A stretch of DNA of 64,000 nt, from NCBI GenBank assembly GCA_048939015.1, contig JBHLPW010000003.1:1-64000 (forward strand), written 5' to 3'. This DNA comes from Promethearchaeota archaeon (GTDB lineage Archaea > Asgardarchaeota > Lokiarchaeia > Sigyniarchaeales > SOKP01). Each line of letters opens with the position of its first letter. Within the stretch, counting starts at the first letter, position 1. The translations under genes and the position numbers were made by a program. The notes under the pieces are model-generated. The model was not told where the DNA came from. It saw only the letters and a program-made list of their open reading frames with translations, and made no database searches. Positions 49,309-58,996 of this stretch are shown here, one piece after another.

Positions 49309-50238
49309 TTATAAATTATCCATTTTTTTTAGGTTTTTCCAGATGTATTTTCCAAATAGAATCACTGAAAGTACCATAATTACTAATAAACTGATTTGAT
49401 AAATTATCATGGTCCAATTAACAACCCATGTGTGGGTCGCTGTCCAGATCGAGGTAGCTGCGGGATTGATCAAATTTGTTATTAACACAGTGAGACTTGA
49501 AACACCATACATTACGTAGAATGTAGTAATAACTAATACTCGCGTTATTCTTTCACCAATAAATGGTTTAGTTTCTTGTAAACCTAATCCTTCGTGTCTA
49601 GCTCTCATATACTCATATATGAATATTAGGAAAATATTAGTCCAAACCATCCATTTAAAATCTAATCCATTTATAGACAAGACTGAAAGACTCGTAGGAA
49701 TAAGGCATACTAACATTAAAGTATCACTAACGCGGTCAATCACATTATCTAACCAAGCACCACTTTTAGACTTAAGATTTAATAATCTCGCTATCGCTCC
49801 GTCAATTCCATCAATTATTCCCGTAAAAAGAACCAAAAGTGCAAGAGCAAAAAACCACGCACCATATAAGGGTTGTTGAGTGAATAATCCTAATGTATGG
49901 CCTTTTCCCACCATAATCACTCCATAAAAAATAAGAAATGATAAAATCAAATTCATAAACGATACTTTATTTGGAGTTAAACCCATTCTTATAAAGATTT
50001 TAGCACCTTTGTATGTAATAGGCATATAAAGTTTTCCTGAAGGATCCTTTTTCATTTGTGCAAATTGTTTCTCTAATTTGTGTGCTTGTCCATGATCCTT
50101 TAGCCAATCTCTTATAAATTCATCGCAACTCATAAATTCTTGGTTGACTTTCTCTTTAGAGATTCCACTAAGAAAAATAATTACAAGACATATGAGTAGT
50201 ATTATAGGAAATACAATAGTAAACACAATTTCTGTCAT
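49309..50238 (-). CDS. CDP-alcohol phosphatidyltransferase family protein
   Basis: TPN.VS and the signature DGIDGAIAR...S.SGAWLDNVIDR. Confidence 0.92.
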   Translation of the reverse strand: MTEIVFTIVFPIILLICLVIIFLSGISKEKVNQEFMSCDEFIRDWLKDHGQAHKLEKQFAQMKKDPSGKLYMPITYKGAKIFIRMGLTPNKVSFMNLILSFLIFYGVIMVGKGHTLGLFTQQPLYGAWFFALALLVLFTGIIDGIDGAIARLLNLKSKSGAWLDNVIDRVSDTLMLVCLIPTSLSVLSINGLDFKWMVWTNIFLIFIYEYMRARHEGLGLQETKPFIGERITRVLVITTFYVMYGVSSLTVLITNLINPAATSIWTATHTWVVNWTMIIYQISLLVIMVLSVILFGKYIWKNLKKMDNL

Positions 50239-50565
50239 ATTTATATCTTCAGTTTTTCTAATCTAATTTTTAATTTGGTAATTTTTATTAGAGTATGAGG
50301 AAATATTTAAATTTATTGTAAAAAGGTGTCAGAGTTTAATGCGTTTAACAAAAATATCACTTATTGAATTTTTTCCTTTATTATTGTCTCATTCTGATGA
50401 ATTCTTTTAGTATTTTGAAATTAATCATACACACTTTTATTATTTAAGTCGAAATTTGAATACGTGAAAGGTTGATATAATTAAGAATTGGACTCCCATA
50501 ATTATATTAAATCCCAAATCGTTATTTACGTAGAAAAAAATACTTATGTTTAAGAGTTTTAAAAT

Positions 50566-51426
50566 ATGTCAAATCAAAGTTTAGAATTGAGATGGAACAA
50601 TTTTGGGAGATATATTCTTGCTGTAGCAATTTTATGGCTTTTTATATTTATTCCGTATGTTGCATTTGGAGTTATTGTACTTCAATTCATCTTTATAAAT
50701 TTAGCAATAAATGAGATTAAAATTATAAAATCTCAACTTAATAATCCAAATCTCGAAGTTTTTTGTTCAAAAGCTATAGCGGGGAATATAATTAAATTAA
50801 TTGGTTTAATAGTCATCAATGTTGGGGGTGCAATGATAGCGGGGTCAATAATGCTACGTCGTTTCTTTCATATTTTTCCAAGAATGCTGATTTTTATTCC
50901 TCCACTAGTAGTTATTATTGTTGGATTTGTAATAATGATTATAGCTAGTAGCATTGAAATGCAAGCTTGGGAAAACTTAAAGAATTTTCTTCAACAAAAT
51001 AAGGAATCTTTTCCGACTAAAATAGCTCAAAATGTAGTTGAAGGTGCAGATAACTTAAAGTCTGGAACTTTTTTATGGGCACTTGGATTTCTATTTATCC
51101 CTATAATAATTGGATGGTTATTCCATGTAGCTGGTTATTTCAAATTAGCATCTTTCAATAAATTGGTTCCAAAGAAAGAAATTGAAATAATTCCAACTCC
51201 TGAATATAAATCAACTAGTTCTCACGTACTTCAAACAGCTACTACACCTGCTTATCAGTCAACTACTGTTCCTGTTTATCAAACGATTGTGGCTCACACT
51301 AACAGACCAGATCTAGAAAATATTCAAGGAGAAAGAAATGACTTTAATTTCTGCCCAATATGTGGAGCAAAATTAGATCGAGCAGCTAAATTTTGCGGTG
51401 AATGTGGATCACATTTAAGGGATTAA
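50566..51426 (+). CDS. Membrane protein with C-terminal zinc ribbon
   Basis: Several TM helices and a low-complexity linker, then FCPICG...FCGECG. Confidence 0.8.
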   Translation: MSNQSLELRWNNFGRYILAVAILWLFIFIPYVAFGVIVLQFIFINLAINEIKIIKSQLNNPNLEVFCSKAIAGNIIKLIGLIVINVGGAMIAGSIMLRRFFHIFPRMLIFIPPLVVIIVGFVIMIIASSIEMQAWENLKNFLQQNKESFPTKIAQNVVEGADNLKSGTFLWALGFLFIPIIIGWLFHVAGYFKLASFNKLVPKKEIEIIPTPEYKSTSSHVLQTATTPAYQSTTVPVYQTIVAHTNRPDLENIQGERNDFNFCPICGAKLDRAAKFCGECGSHLRD

Positions 51427-51551
51427 GATAGGTATAAAAATTTTTAATTAATTTTCTTTTAATTATTTTAATTTTTCCAAATTAATTTATTGAATAATTT
51501 TTTTGCTAAGAATTTTAAATTTTTTTTTAAAATTAATCTAATTTAATAATT

Positions 51552-52691
51552 CTATGCTTCAATATAAGCTTCTTTTATTGCTGAACATCCTCCACACCTT
51601 ACGCAACCCGCTTTATTTTGTAATGGATTAAGTCCATATTCTCTCATCAGTTTTCCACTTTCTTTATATATGTCTAACAAGTCAAGATAGTTTGTAATTG
51701 GTAGATCTTTTTTTCCGGGGATAGATCTCACGGGAGTAATGTATGGAATCACTCCAATTGAAATAACTTTTTCTACATCTTTAATAAAATTTGATTCTGA
51801 TTCTCCAAATCCGGTTAAAATGTAACTACTAACTTGATTTTTTCCAAATATGTCAATTGCGCGTTTCCAATTTTTTTCATATAATTCATAGGAAAGACTG
51901 AACTTACCAGGTGTAATAGCTTTTCTTAAAGATTCATCAAGAATTTCTATATGAATACCTATTGTTTCAGCTCCAGCTTCTTTTAATTTATTAATATATT
52001 CTAAATCTTCTAAAGCTTCAATTTGAACGTGAATGGGTAGATCAGGATGGTTTGTTTTTACTCCTTTTAATAATTCAATATATCTATTTGCTCCTTTGTC
52101 TATAGTATCCTCAGTCCCACTAGTTAAAGTCATATGCTTACATCTTCCTTCTTTTTTAGCTGCAATAATGACTTCTGACATCTGCTCAGCAGTTTTTTCT
52201 TCTATTGTTGCATTATTTTGTAAACTTACTTCGATACCACAAAAAGTACATGCTTCTCCACAAGCCCAATATATACATTTTTGATATATTGTACTTGCTA
52301 GACAATCTATTCCATGAACTAGAGCTACTTTTTTCATTGGAATTCCGTCTGAAGTTTTATATTCAGGGCTGTAGAATTGTGGATTTTGAATTAATTTTAC
52401 CTTTCCAAACCTGGTTTTATTCTTATTATTATAAATTTCGAAGTAGCTATTTTCATTCTCTTTTAAATATAGTTCAGTTTTATTGCGATTGTTCCAAAGT
52501 GCTATATTTACTAAAGTATGCTCGTCTTCTAATAGAAAGTATCTCCCTCCGGAAGGTCCTGCACCACCTTTTCGTCCGAAATCAATTTCAATACCTTGTT
52601 CTTTATATTGAGGGATTAATTCACTATCTAAATATAGTCCTTTACATAACAATTCAGTTTTCTTTTCTAATATGGTTTTAGAGTTAATCAT
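51552..52691 (-). CDS. Radical SAM protein, MSMEG_0568-like family
   Basis: RKGGAGPS, HG.DCLAST, C.YW....CTFCGI, HVQ and C-terminal KAGCVRCGGCSA. Confidence 0.85.
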   Translation of the reverse strand: MINSKTILEKKTELLCKGLYLDSELIPQYKEQGIEIDFGRKGGAGPSGGRYFLLEDEHTLVNIALWNNRNKTELYLKENENSYFEIYNNKNKTRFGKVKLIQNPQFYSPEYKTSDGIPMKKVALVHGIDCLASTIYQKCIYWACGEACTFCGIEVSLQNNATIEEKTAEQMSEVIIAAKKEGRCKHMTLTSGTEDTIDKGANRYIELLKGVKTNHPDLPIHVQIEALEDLEYINKLKEAGAETIGIHIEILDESLRKAITPGKFSLSYELYEKNWKRAIDIFGKNQVSSYILTGFGESESNFIKDVEKVISIGVIPYITPVRSIPGKKDLPITNYLDLLDIYKESGKLMREYGLNPLQNKAGCVRCGGCSAIKEAYIEA

Positions 52692-52945
52692 AAGACCTGA
52701 AAAAAGAATTCGATAATATTTTATTCTTTTATTAATTTAGAGTGTTTTAGTTATCTTTATGGAATTTAAATCTGGAGCTTATTTAATTTTAGGTATTATT
52801 TAAAATAAAAAGAATTCCAAAAAATTTTATTTCAAAATACTTCTACATATTTTTTATGTCAAGTAAAGAATTAAATAAAAAAGAAAATAATCAACCATAA
52901 TTTTAAATTTTAGTATTTATATCTATATTCAAAATTAATTAAAAG

Positions 52946-53650
52946 TTGAAAATAATGACTGGAATTAGAGATTACATATGGTTTTTCCCTTTTATAGGAG
53001 CAATACTTACAGCAATTAGTCTTTTTACACCATCTTTAGTTTTTCCATCTGGAATTAACTTTGTACTTCAGTTTATGGATGGTTTTTATGTAATTATTGG
53101 TGGAGGATATGGACCTTCTGTAGGATTCACTCATATCCCAGGTCTCATGATTGTGGGTATTATTTCAACAGTATTACTAGCAATATGTACAATTATCTTA
53201 TTTATCTCTGCTTTTTCCCATAGAAGAAAAAAAGCACCAGTATCCTGGATAATTCTTGGAATTATTCTTATTGGAGGGACGATTTATTATATTGGGGGAT
53301 CACAATTAGCTTATTTTATTTACAGAATAATAAATGATGGATATCCGACTAGTTTTTGGCAGGGTAGAATTCCTAGTTTTGCATCCATCGCTCCATTTAT
53401 AGGAGGAGGAACATCAATCTTAAGCTTTATTGTTAGTAGAATTACAGGTGAACAAGAGGTAGATATTAAACCAGTTGATAAAAAAGAATCGTATGAAAAT
53501 ATATACAGAGCGCCTATAAATGAAGAATTATCTCACACCTTCCCAACTGCACAAACTCATATTGCTAAATTCTGTCCCGTATGTGGTGTGAAATTGGAAA
53601 ACCCAGAAGGCCGATTCTGTCCGAGTTGTGGAAGTGATGTTAAAAAATAA
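52946..53650 (+). CDS. Four-TM membrane protein with C-terminal zinc ribbon
   Basis: Four TM segments, then FCPVCG...FCPSCG. The start may be ATG 52955. Confidence 0.78.
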   Translation: MKIMTGIRDYIWFFPFIGAILTAISLFTPSLVFPSGINFVLQFMDGFYVIIGGGYGPSVGFTHIPGLMIVGIISTVLLAICTIILFISAFSHRRKKAPVSWIILGIILIGGTIYYIGGSQLAYFIYRIINDGYPTSFWQGRIPSFASIAPFIGGGTSILSFIVSRITGEQEVDIKPVDKKESYENIYRAPINEELSHTFPTAQTHIAKFCPVCGVKLENPEGRFCPSCGSDVKK

Positions 53651-53846
53651 TAGTTATTTTCTTCTTAATTCTTTTTTAACAAAAATTCTAATGATCCATT
53701 TTCGATAAGAATTATTTAATATAATTTCAATGATAAGGATTTAAATTATTGGAATTATTAAAATGAAATTTGAATCAAAAGTTTTATTAATAACCTAAAA
53801 CAATCTCTTTTTACATTAAATTAAGAAATTCAAATAGTGTATAATT

Positions 53847-54260
53847 ATGCCAAAAGTAGAAAGAACAGTAGATATTTCAGCATCTCAGGATAAAATATGG
53901 CAAATTATTGATAATGATGACGATTATGCTAGATGGAATATTGTTGTAAATGAAGTCTCTAAACTTGGTGAGGGTAATTATTTTTTTAAAACAAATGTTG
54001 GAGATGTAACTTCTCAAAGGGTAGAAACAGTTCCACCTGAGCATCTTTCAGCAACTCAAGAAGGAAGCCCTATGACAAGTTTAGGATATAGCTTAAAGCC
54101 AAAGGGAGATGTTGTCGAAGCTACAATCTGGGCAGAATTTGATGATGCAAGTCAAGAACCCGTGTTAGGAATTGCTGGAGAAATGCTCCTTAAAAGTCTG
54201 AAAAAATACGCAGAATATCTTGAATCTGGTGGAGATCCTAACGAATTCTCTAAAAAATAA
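53847..54260 (+). CDS. SRPBCC/START-fold protein
   Basis: VE.TVDI.A....IW.II......RW and C-terminal helix LKSLKKYAE. Confidence 0.85.
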   Translation: MPKVERTVDISASQDKIWQIIDNDDDYARWNIVVNEVSKLGEGNYFFKTNVGDVTSQRVETVPPEHLSATQEGSPMTSLGYSLKPKGDVVEATIWAEFDDASQEPVLGIAGEMLLKSLKKYAEYLESGGDPNEFSKK

Positions 54261-54418
54261 TATTTTTTTTTATTTTCTTTTTTAAAAATCGAGAACCAAA
54301 TTATCTTTAAACTTTCTTAGATGCTTTAAATTTAAAAAAACTTATTAGAAATAACAAATTTTATTATAGATAGGTAAATTCTATTTCCAATAGAATATAA
54401 CAGTAGAAGTGAAATATT

Positions 54419-55051
54419 ATGGCACATAAACGTCCTTGGCATTGTTATAGCAAATGGACTCGTAGACCTTATCAATACAAGAGATCTTCAAATCGTAGAC
54501 GTGAATATGCACGTGGTGGCGCTCAAAGCAAGATTGTTAGGTTCTGGGGGGGTAACAAAGATGTTGCATGGGAAGATTGGCCTCTTGTTGTGGGATTAAA
54601 AGTAAACTCCCAAATCCAAATTTCTTCAAACACTTTAGAAGCAATAAGAATTACTATAAACGGAGTTCTCCAGAGGAAACTCGGAAGACAAAATTTCCGC
54701 CTTCGAGTAAGACCAAAACCATTTCACAAAATTAGAGAGAATCGTATGTTAGCATTTGCAGGTGCAGATCGAGTTCAATCCGGGATGAGAAACTCCTTTG
54801 GAAGATCTACAGGAGTATGTGCTCGAATCAGAGCAGGACAAGTTATTGTAGACGTAGGCACACATTTAAGAAACCTTCCGTTAGTAAGAGACAGATTAAG
54901 AGTAGCATCAATGAAAGTAGCTAGTTCTTGTCAGATTGTAATTCTGAGATATAAGACACCTGAATTATTAAAACAATCAGGATTACCATTATATGATGAT
55001 AAAAAGAGAAGAGAAATACCTCTTTATGAATTAGAATTAGCTGAAACTTAA
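54419..55051 (+). CDS. rpl10e: 50S ribosomal protein uL16 (archaeal L10e)
   Basis: RPWHCY, QI.SN.LEA.RI, PFH.IREN.ML..AGADR.QSGMR.SFGR and CARI..GQ. Confidence 0.96.
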   Translation: MAHKRPWHCYSKWTRRPYQYKRSSNRRREYARGGAQSKIVRFWGGNKDVAWEDWPLVVGLKVNSQIQISSNTLEAIRITINGVLQRKLGRQNFRLRVRPKPFHKIRENRMLAFAGADRVQSGMRNSFGRSTGVCARIRAGQVIVDVGTHLRNLPLVRDRLRVASMKVASSCQIVILRYKTPELLKQSGLPLYDDKKRREIPLYELELAET

Positions 55052-55109
55052 TTTATATCATTTTTAAATCTTAAAATTACTTTATTCACTAAAAGTTCTA
55101 TATTAAATA

Positions 55110-55988
55110 TCAAGCCTTCTTTTGCATTTCCTTAATATTAATATTCTGTTTAGGTTTTTTGAAAATATTCATCATAAAAACACCTATAATTATAATAATT
55201 ATCGAAAAAATAATACCAATTGAAATTGTTGCTCCTTGTATAATTAATAATTCAAAAAAGACTGGGCCTGCAATATACAAGGAATTGTACATTGGGACTA
55301 ATTTCGAAGCATCAGCGCCCTTAGCAAACCCTATTTGAGTTAATATTAACGCAATAAACCCTGCTAGAAAACTAAACAAAAATATAAAGCTATCTATTTC
55401 TAATCTAAATACTCCTGCAAGAGTTTCAATAAAATTACTTGAGGTTAGCCCGATTCTTTTTAAGACATTATCGGTACCTCCCATTGTTCCAGCAACAGCA
55501 CCAAAAATAAAAGCTACGGCAATCTTAGTCTTCCAAGAAAATCCAATAAGTATAGAAAAAAATATAATCATTACAAGAATAATTATAAAAAAGTTTCCAT
55601 AATTAATCGTTCCTGTGACCTCTGGTTCCAAAATATAAAAAAATCCAACCATAGTTGTTCCAATAGTAATTAATATGGCTCCTATTAACTCATAATTATT
55701 AATCTCCTCATGTAAGATAAAACGTGAATAAAACATCAATAATATCAACCCTAGTCCAAAAACACTCGAAAATACTGCTGCTGAAGCAAAGGTGGTTCCC
55801 AGTATCTGCCAAATAGGAATTGTGTTATTCAATGCAAAACCTATAATATAGATCAAAGGTTTTTTCCCTTTTTCTTTTAATGACTTCTTTCTTGAAAAGA
55901 TTTCAATACCATGACGTTCCATGCCCTTAGCAAGATGCAACGTCAAAGTATTGATAATTCCAAATATAAGACCTAAAATAACAGACAT
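55110..55988 (-). CDS. DMT-superfamily transporter (NIPA Mg2+-transporter-like)
   Basis: About 9 TM helices; ILHEEI...ELIGAILI.IG; LTQIGF.....S.LVP.Y. Confidence 0.7.
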   Translation of the reverse strand: MSVILGLIFGIINTLTLHLAKGMERHGIEIFSRKKSLKEKGKKPLIYIIGFALNNTIPIWQILGTTFASAAVFSSVFGLGLILLMFYSRFILHEEINNYELIGAILITIGTTMVGFFYILEPEVTGTINYGNFFIIILVMIIFFSILIGFSWKTKIAVAFIFGAVAGTMGGTDNVLKRIGLTSSNFIETLAGVFRLEIDSFIFLFSFLAGFIALILTQIGFAKGADASKLVPMYNSLYIAGPVFFELLIIQGATISIGIIFSIIIIIIGVFMMNIFKKPKQNINIKEMQKKA

Positions 55989-56120
55989 TTTAAAGAAGGT
56001 TTGGAAATATTATTTATAGATTATGTGAATTACCTAAATAAATCTAGTTAAATTATAAAATATTATAAATTATTAGTATCCCATAATTGTTTAATTTTTA
56101 AAATCAATTGAATATATATT

Positions 56121-57470
56121 TTGAAAGATCTCGAACCGTTCTTTAACCCCAAAAGTATTTTAATAGTTGGTGTGTCAAGGAAAGCCTATACTTTTAGTTA
56201 CACCATTTTAAAGAACCTTTTAGAAATTTTTTACAGAGGAAATTTATATATTCTAAATCCTAATGCTGATGAAATATTAGGAATTAAATCATATCATTCT
56301 CTAAATGAGTTACCCGAAATCCCAGAACTAGCTGTTATCGTTTTAGGTAAACAGCTTGAAGAAATTTTCGAAAAAGTAGCGAAATTCGGAGTAAAAAATA
56401 TTGCAATTGAATCCGAGTTAAGAATTGAAACTGAAGATCCAATCTTAATAGCCAATTTGAATGCAATCAGTGAAAAATACGGTGTCTCTTATATGGGGCC
56501 TTCAATGATAGGTATTATTAATTTTAATAATAATTTCACTACTTCAATAATACCTGTAAGACAATATCTTATGCAAAAACATCGAAAAATAAAAGAAGGC
56601 ATTAGTTTTATTGCTCAATCAGGAGGGTTAGCTGGAGCTATGGGTTGGTGGGCACCATCTCAAGATTTGCCCATATCTAAAGTGATTCATTTAGGATATG
56701 GATTTGATATCAATGATGCTGACGTTTTAGAATATTTCAAGGAAGATGAAAAAACGAAGATAATTTCTCTTTTTCTAAGAGAAATCACAGAAGAAATTAT
56801 TAAAGCTGTAGAAGTTATTGCACCATTAAAACCAATTCTATTTTTTTACGTAGGAAAAGATGAATCAAAAGAAGTGGAGTTAGTTGAAGCTGGTGGAATT
56901 GCTGTTTCAAACTATATTGAACTTTTTGATCTAGCAAAGATATTTCTTTGGTGTCCAGAACCGAAAGGTGTTAACCTAGGGATAATTGGGCCAAGCTCTG
57001 GTGCGATTTATTTAATCGTTAAAGAAATGAGAAAACAAGGTTTATCACTTGCTAGAGTGAGTCAAGAACACAAAGAAATCATTCTAAATAAAGTAGGAGG
57101 CTCAACATGTAAATTAGGTAATCCTGTTGATTATTGGCCTCCTGAAAAGTTTGTAGGTACAAAAATATGTGAAATATATAATACGTCCTCTAAAGCTTTA
57201 CTAAAGGATGAAGCTGTTGACGGATTAATTCTGGCATTAGAATTTTTCATTGAAATTGAATTTGACTTCAACATCTTTGCTAAAATTAAAAAATTATTTC
57301 CAGATAAACCACTTATTACCGTATTAATTCAGGCTGAACGTGATGGGGCTAAAAGAGTTATTAAAACGGCCTCAGAATTAAAAATTCCCACTTTTGAAAA
57401 TGAAATTGAACGAGCAGTAAGGGGATATAAAATCCTTTATAATTGGCATTCAAAAATAAAAAGGAAATAA
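56121..57470 (+). CDS. Acetate-CoA ligase (ADP-forming) alpha-subunit homologue lacking the phosphohistidine segment
   Basis: FFNPKSI..VGVS, LNP, GPSMIG, FIAQSGG, GPSSGA and NPVD are present. The SHTG motif is absent. Confidence 0.8.
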   Translation: MKDLEPFFNPKSILIVGVSRKAYTFSYTILKNLLEIFYRGNLYILNPNADEILGIKSYHSLNELPEIPELAVIVLGKQLEEIFEKVAKFGVKNIAIESELRIETEDPILIANLNAISEKYGVSYMGPSMIGIINFNNNFTTSIIPVRQYLMQKHRKIKEGISFIAQSGGLAGAMGWWAPSQDLPISKVIHLGYGFDINDADVLEYFKEDEKTKIISLFLREITEEIIKAVEVIAPLKPILFFYVGKDESKEVELVEAGGIAVSNYIELFDLAKIFLWCPEPKGVNLGIIGPSSGAIYLIVKEMRKQGLSLARVSQEHKEIILNKVGGSTCKLGNPVDYWPPEKFVGTKICEIYNTSSKALLKDEAVDGLILALEFFIEIEFDFNIFAKIKKLFPDKPLITVLIQAERDGAKRVIKTASELKIPTFENEIERAVRGYKILYNWHSKIKRK

Positions 57471-57474
57471 AAAA

Positions 57475-58737
57475 CTATTTTAAAAAAATCTCACTGAGTT
57501 CTTCGGGAACTTCATCAGATTCATCCATTAATGAAAGTGCATAGACAGCTTCTCCACAATTACATTCCTTTCCTTCAAATAAGTAAAATTTAAATTGATC
57601 TTTCCAATTACAAACCTGAACGGTATTTATTTCCGCAATATCTCCGCATATACAATAAATAGCCATCTTTTCTGAATAATCGGGTATAATTTCTTTGAAA
57701 TCTTTTGAAGCTTTACTAAAATCAGAATTATTCAACATTTCGTTAATTTTATCAGCTAAATTATCTTTGAGTGTTGGTACAAAGTAATTAATAACTCCAT
57801 TTCTACCTTTCATTTCTGAAAGGACAATAAAATTTCTCTCCACCTTCTCTTCCTTCTTTTTTTCAGGTACTAAAGGTCCCTGATATTGTTGAAGCGACTC
57901 AGGTATTGGAAATGGCTCTACATCCGCAGGATAATCAAATGTATAAAAATATTGCATAGCTCCTCTTATATTTTTTTGATTTATTAAGGTGAGATTCTCA
58001 TAATCTCTACTATGAAGAACAAATTTTATCAATTGAAGAGGAACTTTTAATTCAATTAACCTCGATCGAATATTAGCTAATAATTCACCTGCGAAATTCT
58101 TTAAAATCATTATATCTTCTCGATTTCTTGTATAGATTTCATGTTTATTTTGCTCTTTAAAAGCAAACCATTTCTTAACGACATTACTTCTAATTAATTG
58201 AGGTATCAAACAAAATACACATAGAACCGGAAAGAGAACGAAAATAGGTAAATTAGGGATAAAAGCTAAACCAAAAATAACAGCGAATAATGGGAGTGTT
58301 ATAATTAAAGTTAATTTTCTCAATCGTTTATCCATTGAACTTTTTATACCCTTACTAAGAGCAAGCTCCTCTGCTTTCTGTTTTAGCCTATTTACAATAT
58401 CAATTATTCCTTTTGATTCGAAACTTTGTTTTAAAATTCTATCCTCCTCTCTTCCTTTACTAAAATCATCGATACTAGCTTTAATTTGTTTTGTGTATTG
58501 ATTTAAAGTGCTATCCTTAAATATGAAATCAAGAGTTTCTTCAGAAAAATAGTCTATAAAACGTACAATGAATAGTTTTTTCTCAACATCTTGAATGTCT
58601 GTTGGACCTAAACCAAGTGCCTCTTGAATAATTTGGCCTTGAGTTTTTCTTTGTGCTCTAGCTGACTTTTTCTTTTTTTTTTCTCGATTCTCCGAGCTCT
58701 CAGATTTTAGCTTTTCATCATTTTCAGTGTCTTTCAT
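57475..58737 (-). CDS. Hypothetical membrane protein with a putative C-terminal zinc site
   Basis: Central 2-TM hairpin, with YCICG and ECNCG near the C-terminus. Confidence 0.7.
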   Translation of the reverse strand: MKDTENDEKLKSESSENREKKKKKSARAQRKTQGQIIQEALGLGPTDIQDVEKKLFIVRFIDYFSEETLDFIFKDSTLNQYTKQIKASIDDFSKGREEDRILKQSFESKGIIDIVNRLKQKAEELALSKGIKSSMDKRLRKLTLIITLPLFAVIFGLAFIPNLPIFVLFPVLCVFCLIPQLIRSNVVKKWFAFKEQNKHEIYTRNREDIMILKNFAGELLANIRSRLIELKVPLQLIKFVLHSRDYENLTLINQKNIRGAMQYFYTFDYPADVEPFPIPESLQQYQGPLVPEKKKEEKVERNFIVLSEMKGRNGVINYFVPTLKDNLADKINEMLNNSDFSKASKDFKEIIPDYSEKMAIYCICGDIAEINTVQVCNWKDQFKFYLFEGKECNCGEAVYALSLMDESDEVPEELSEIFLK

Positions 58738-58996
58738 AATGTATTCATAACTTAATGTTTTAGAATTTAAGCTATGTAATTATTGACCGATAATTAACTT
58801 TTGTAAAATATTTTAATCTTAAAAAATAAAGAGAAGACTATATAGATTAGCTGTTTAAATTTATACGAAATTTGGAAACCTCTTTACATAATAGTAATAT
58901 TTAATAATAAATGAATTCAATTTTAAAGTTATAACCAATTAAGAAATCGAGTGAAAAGTTTAATTTCATTTTTAAAAATTAAACCAGGTAAGAATA

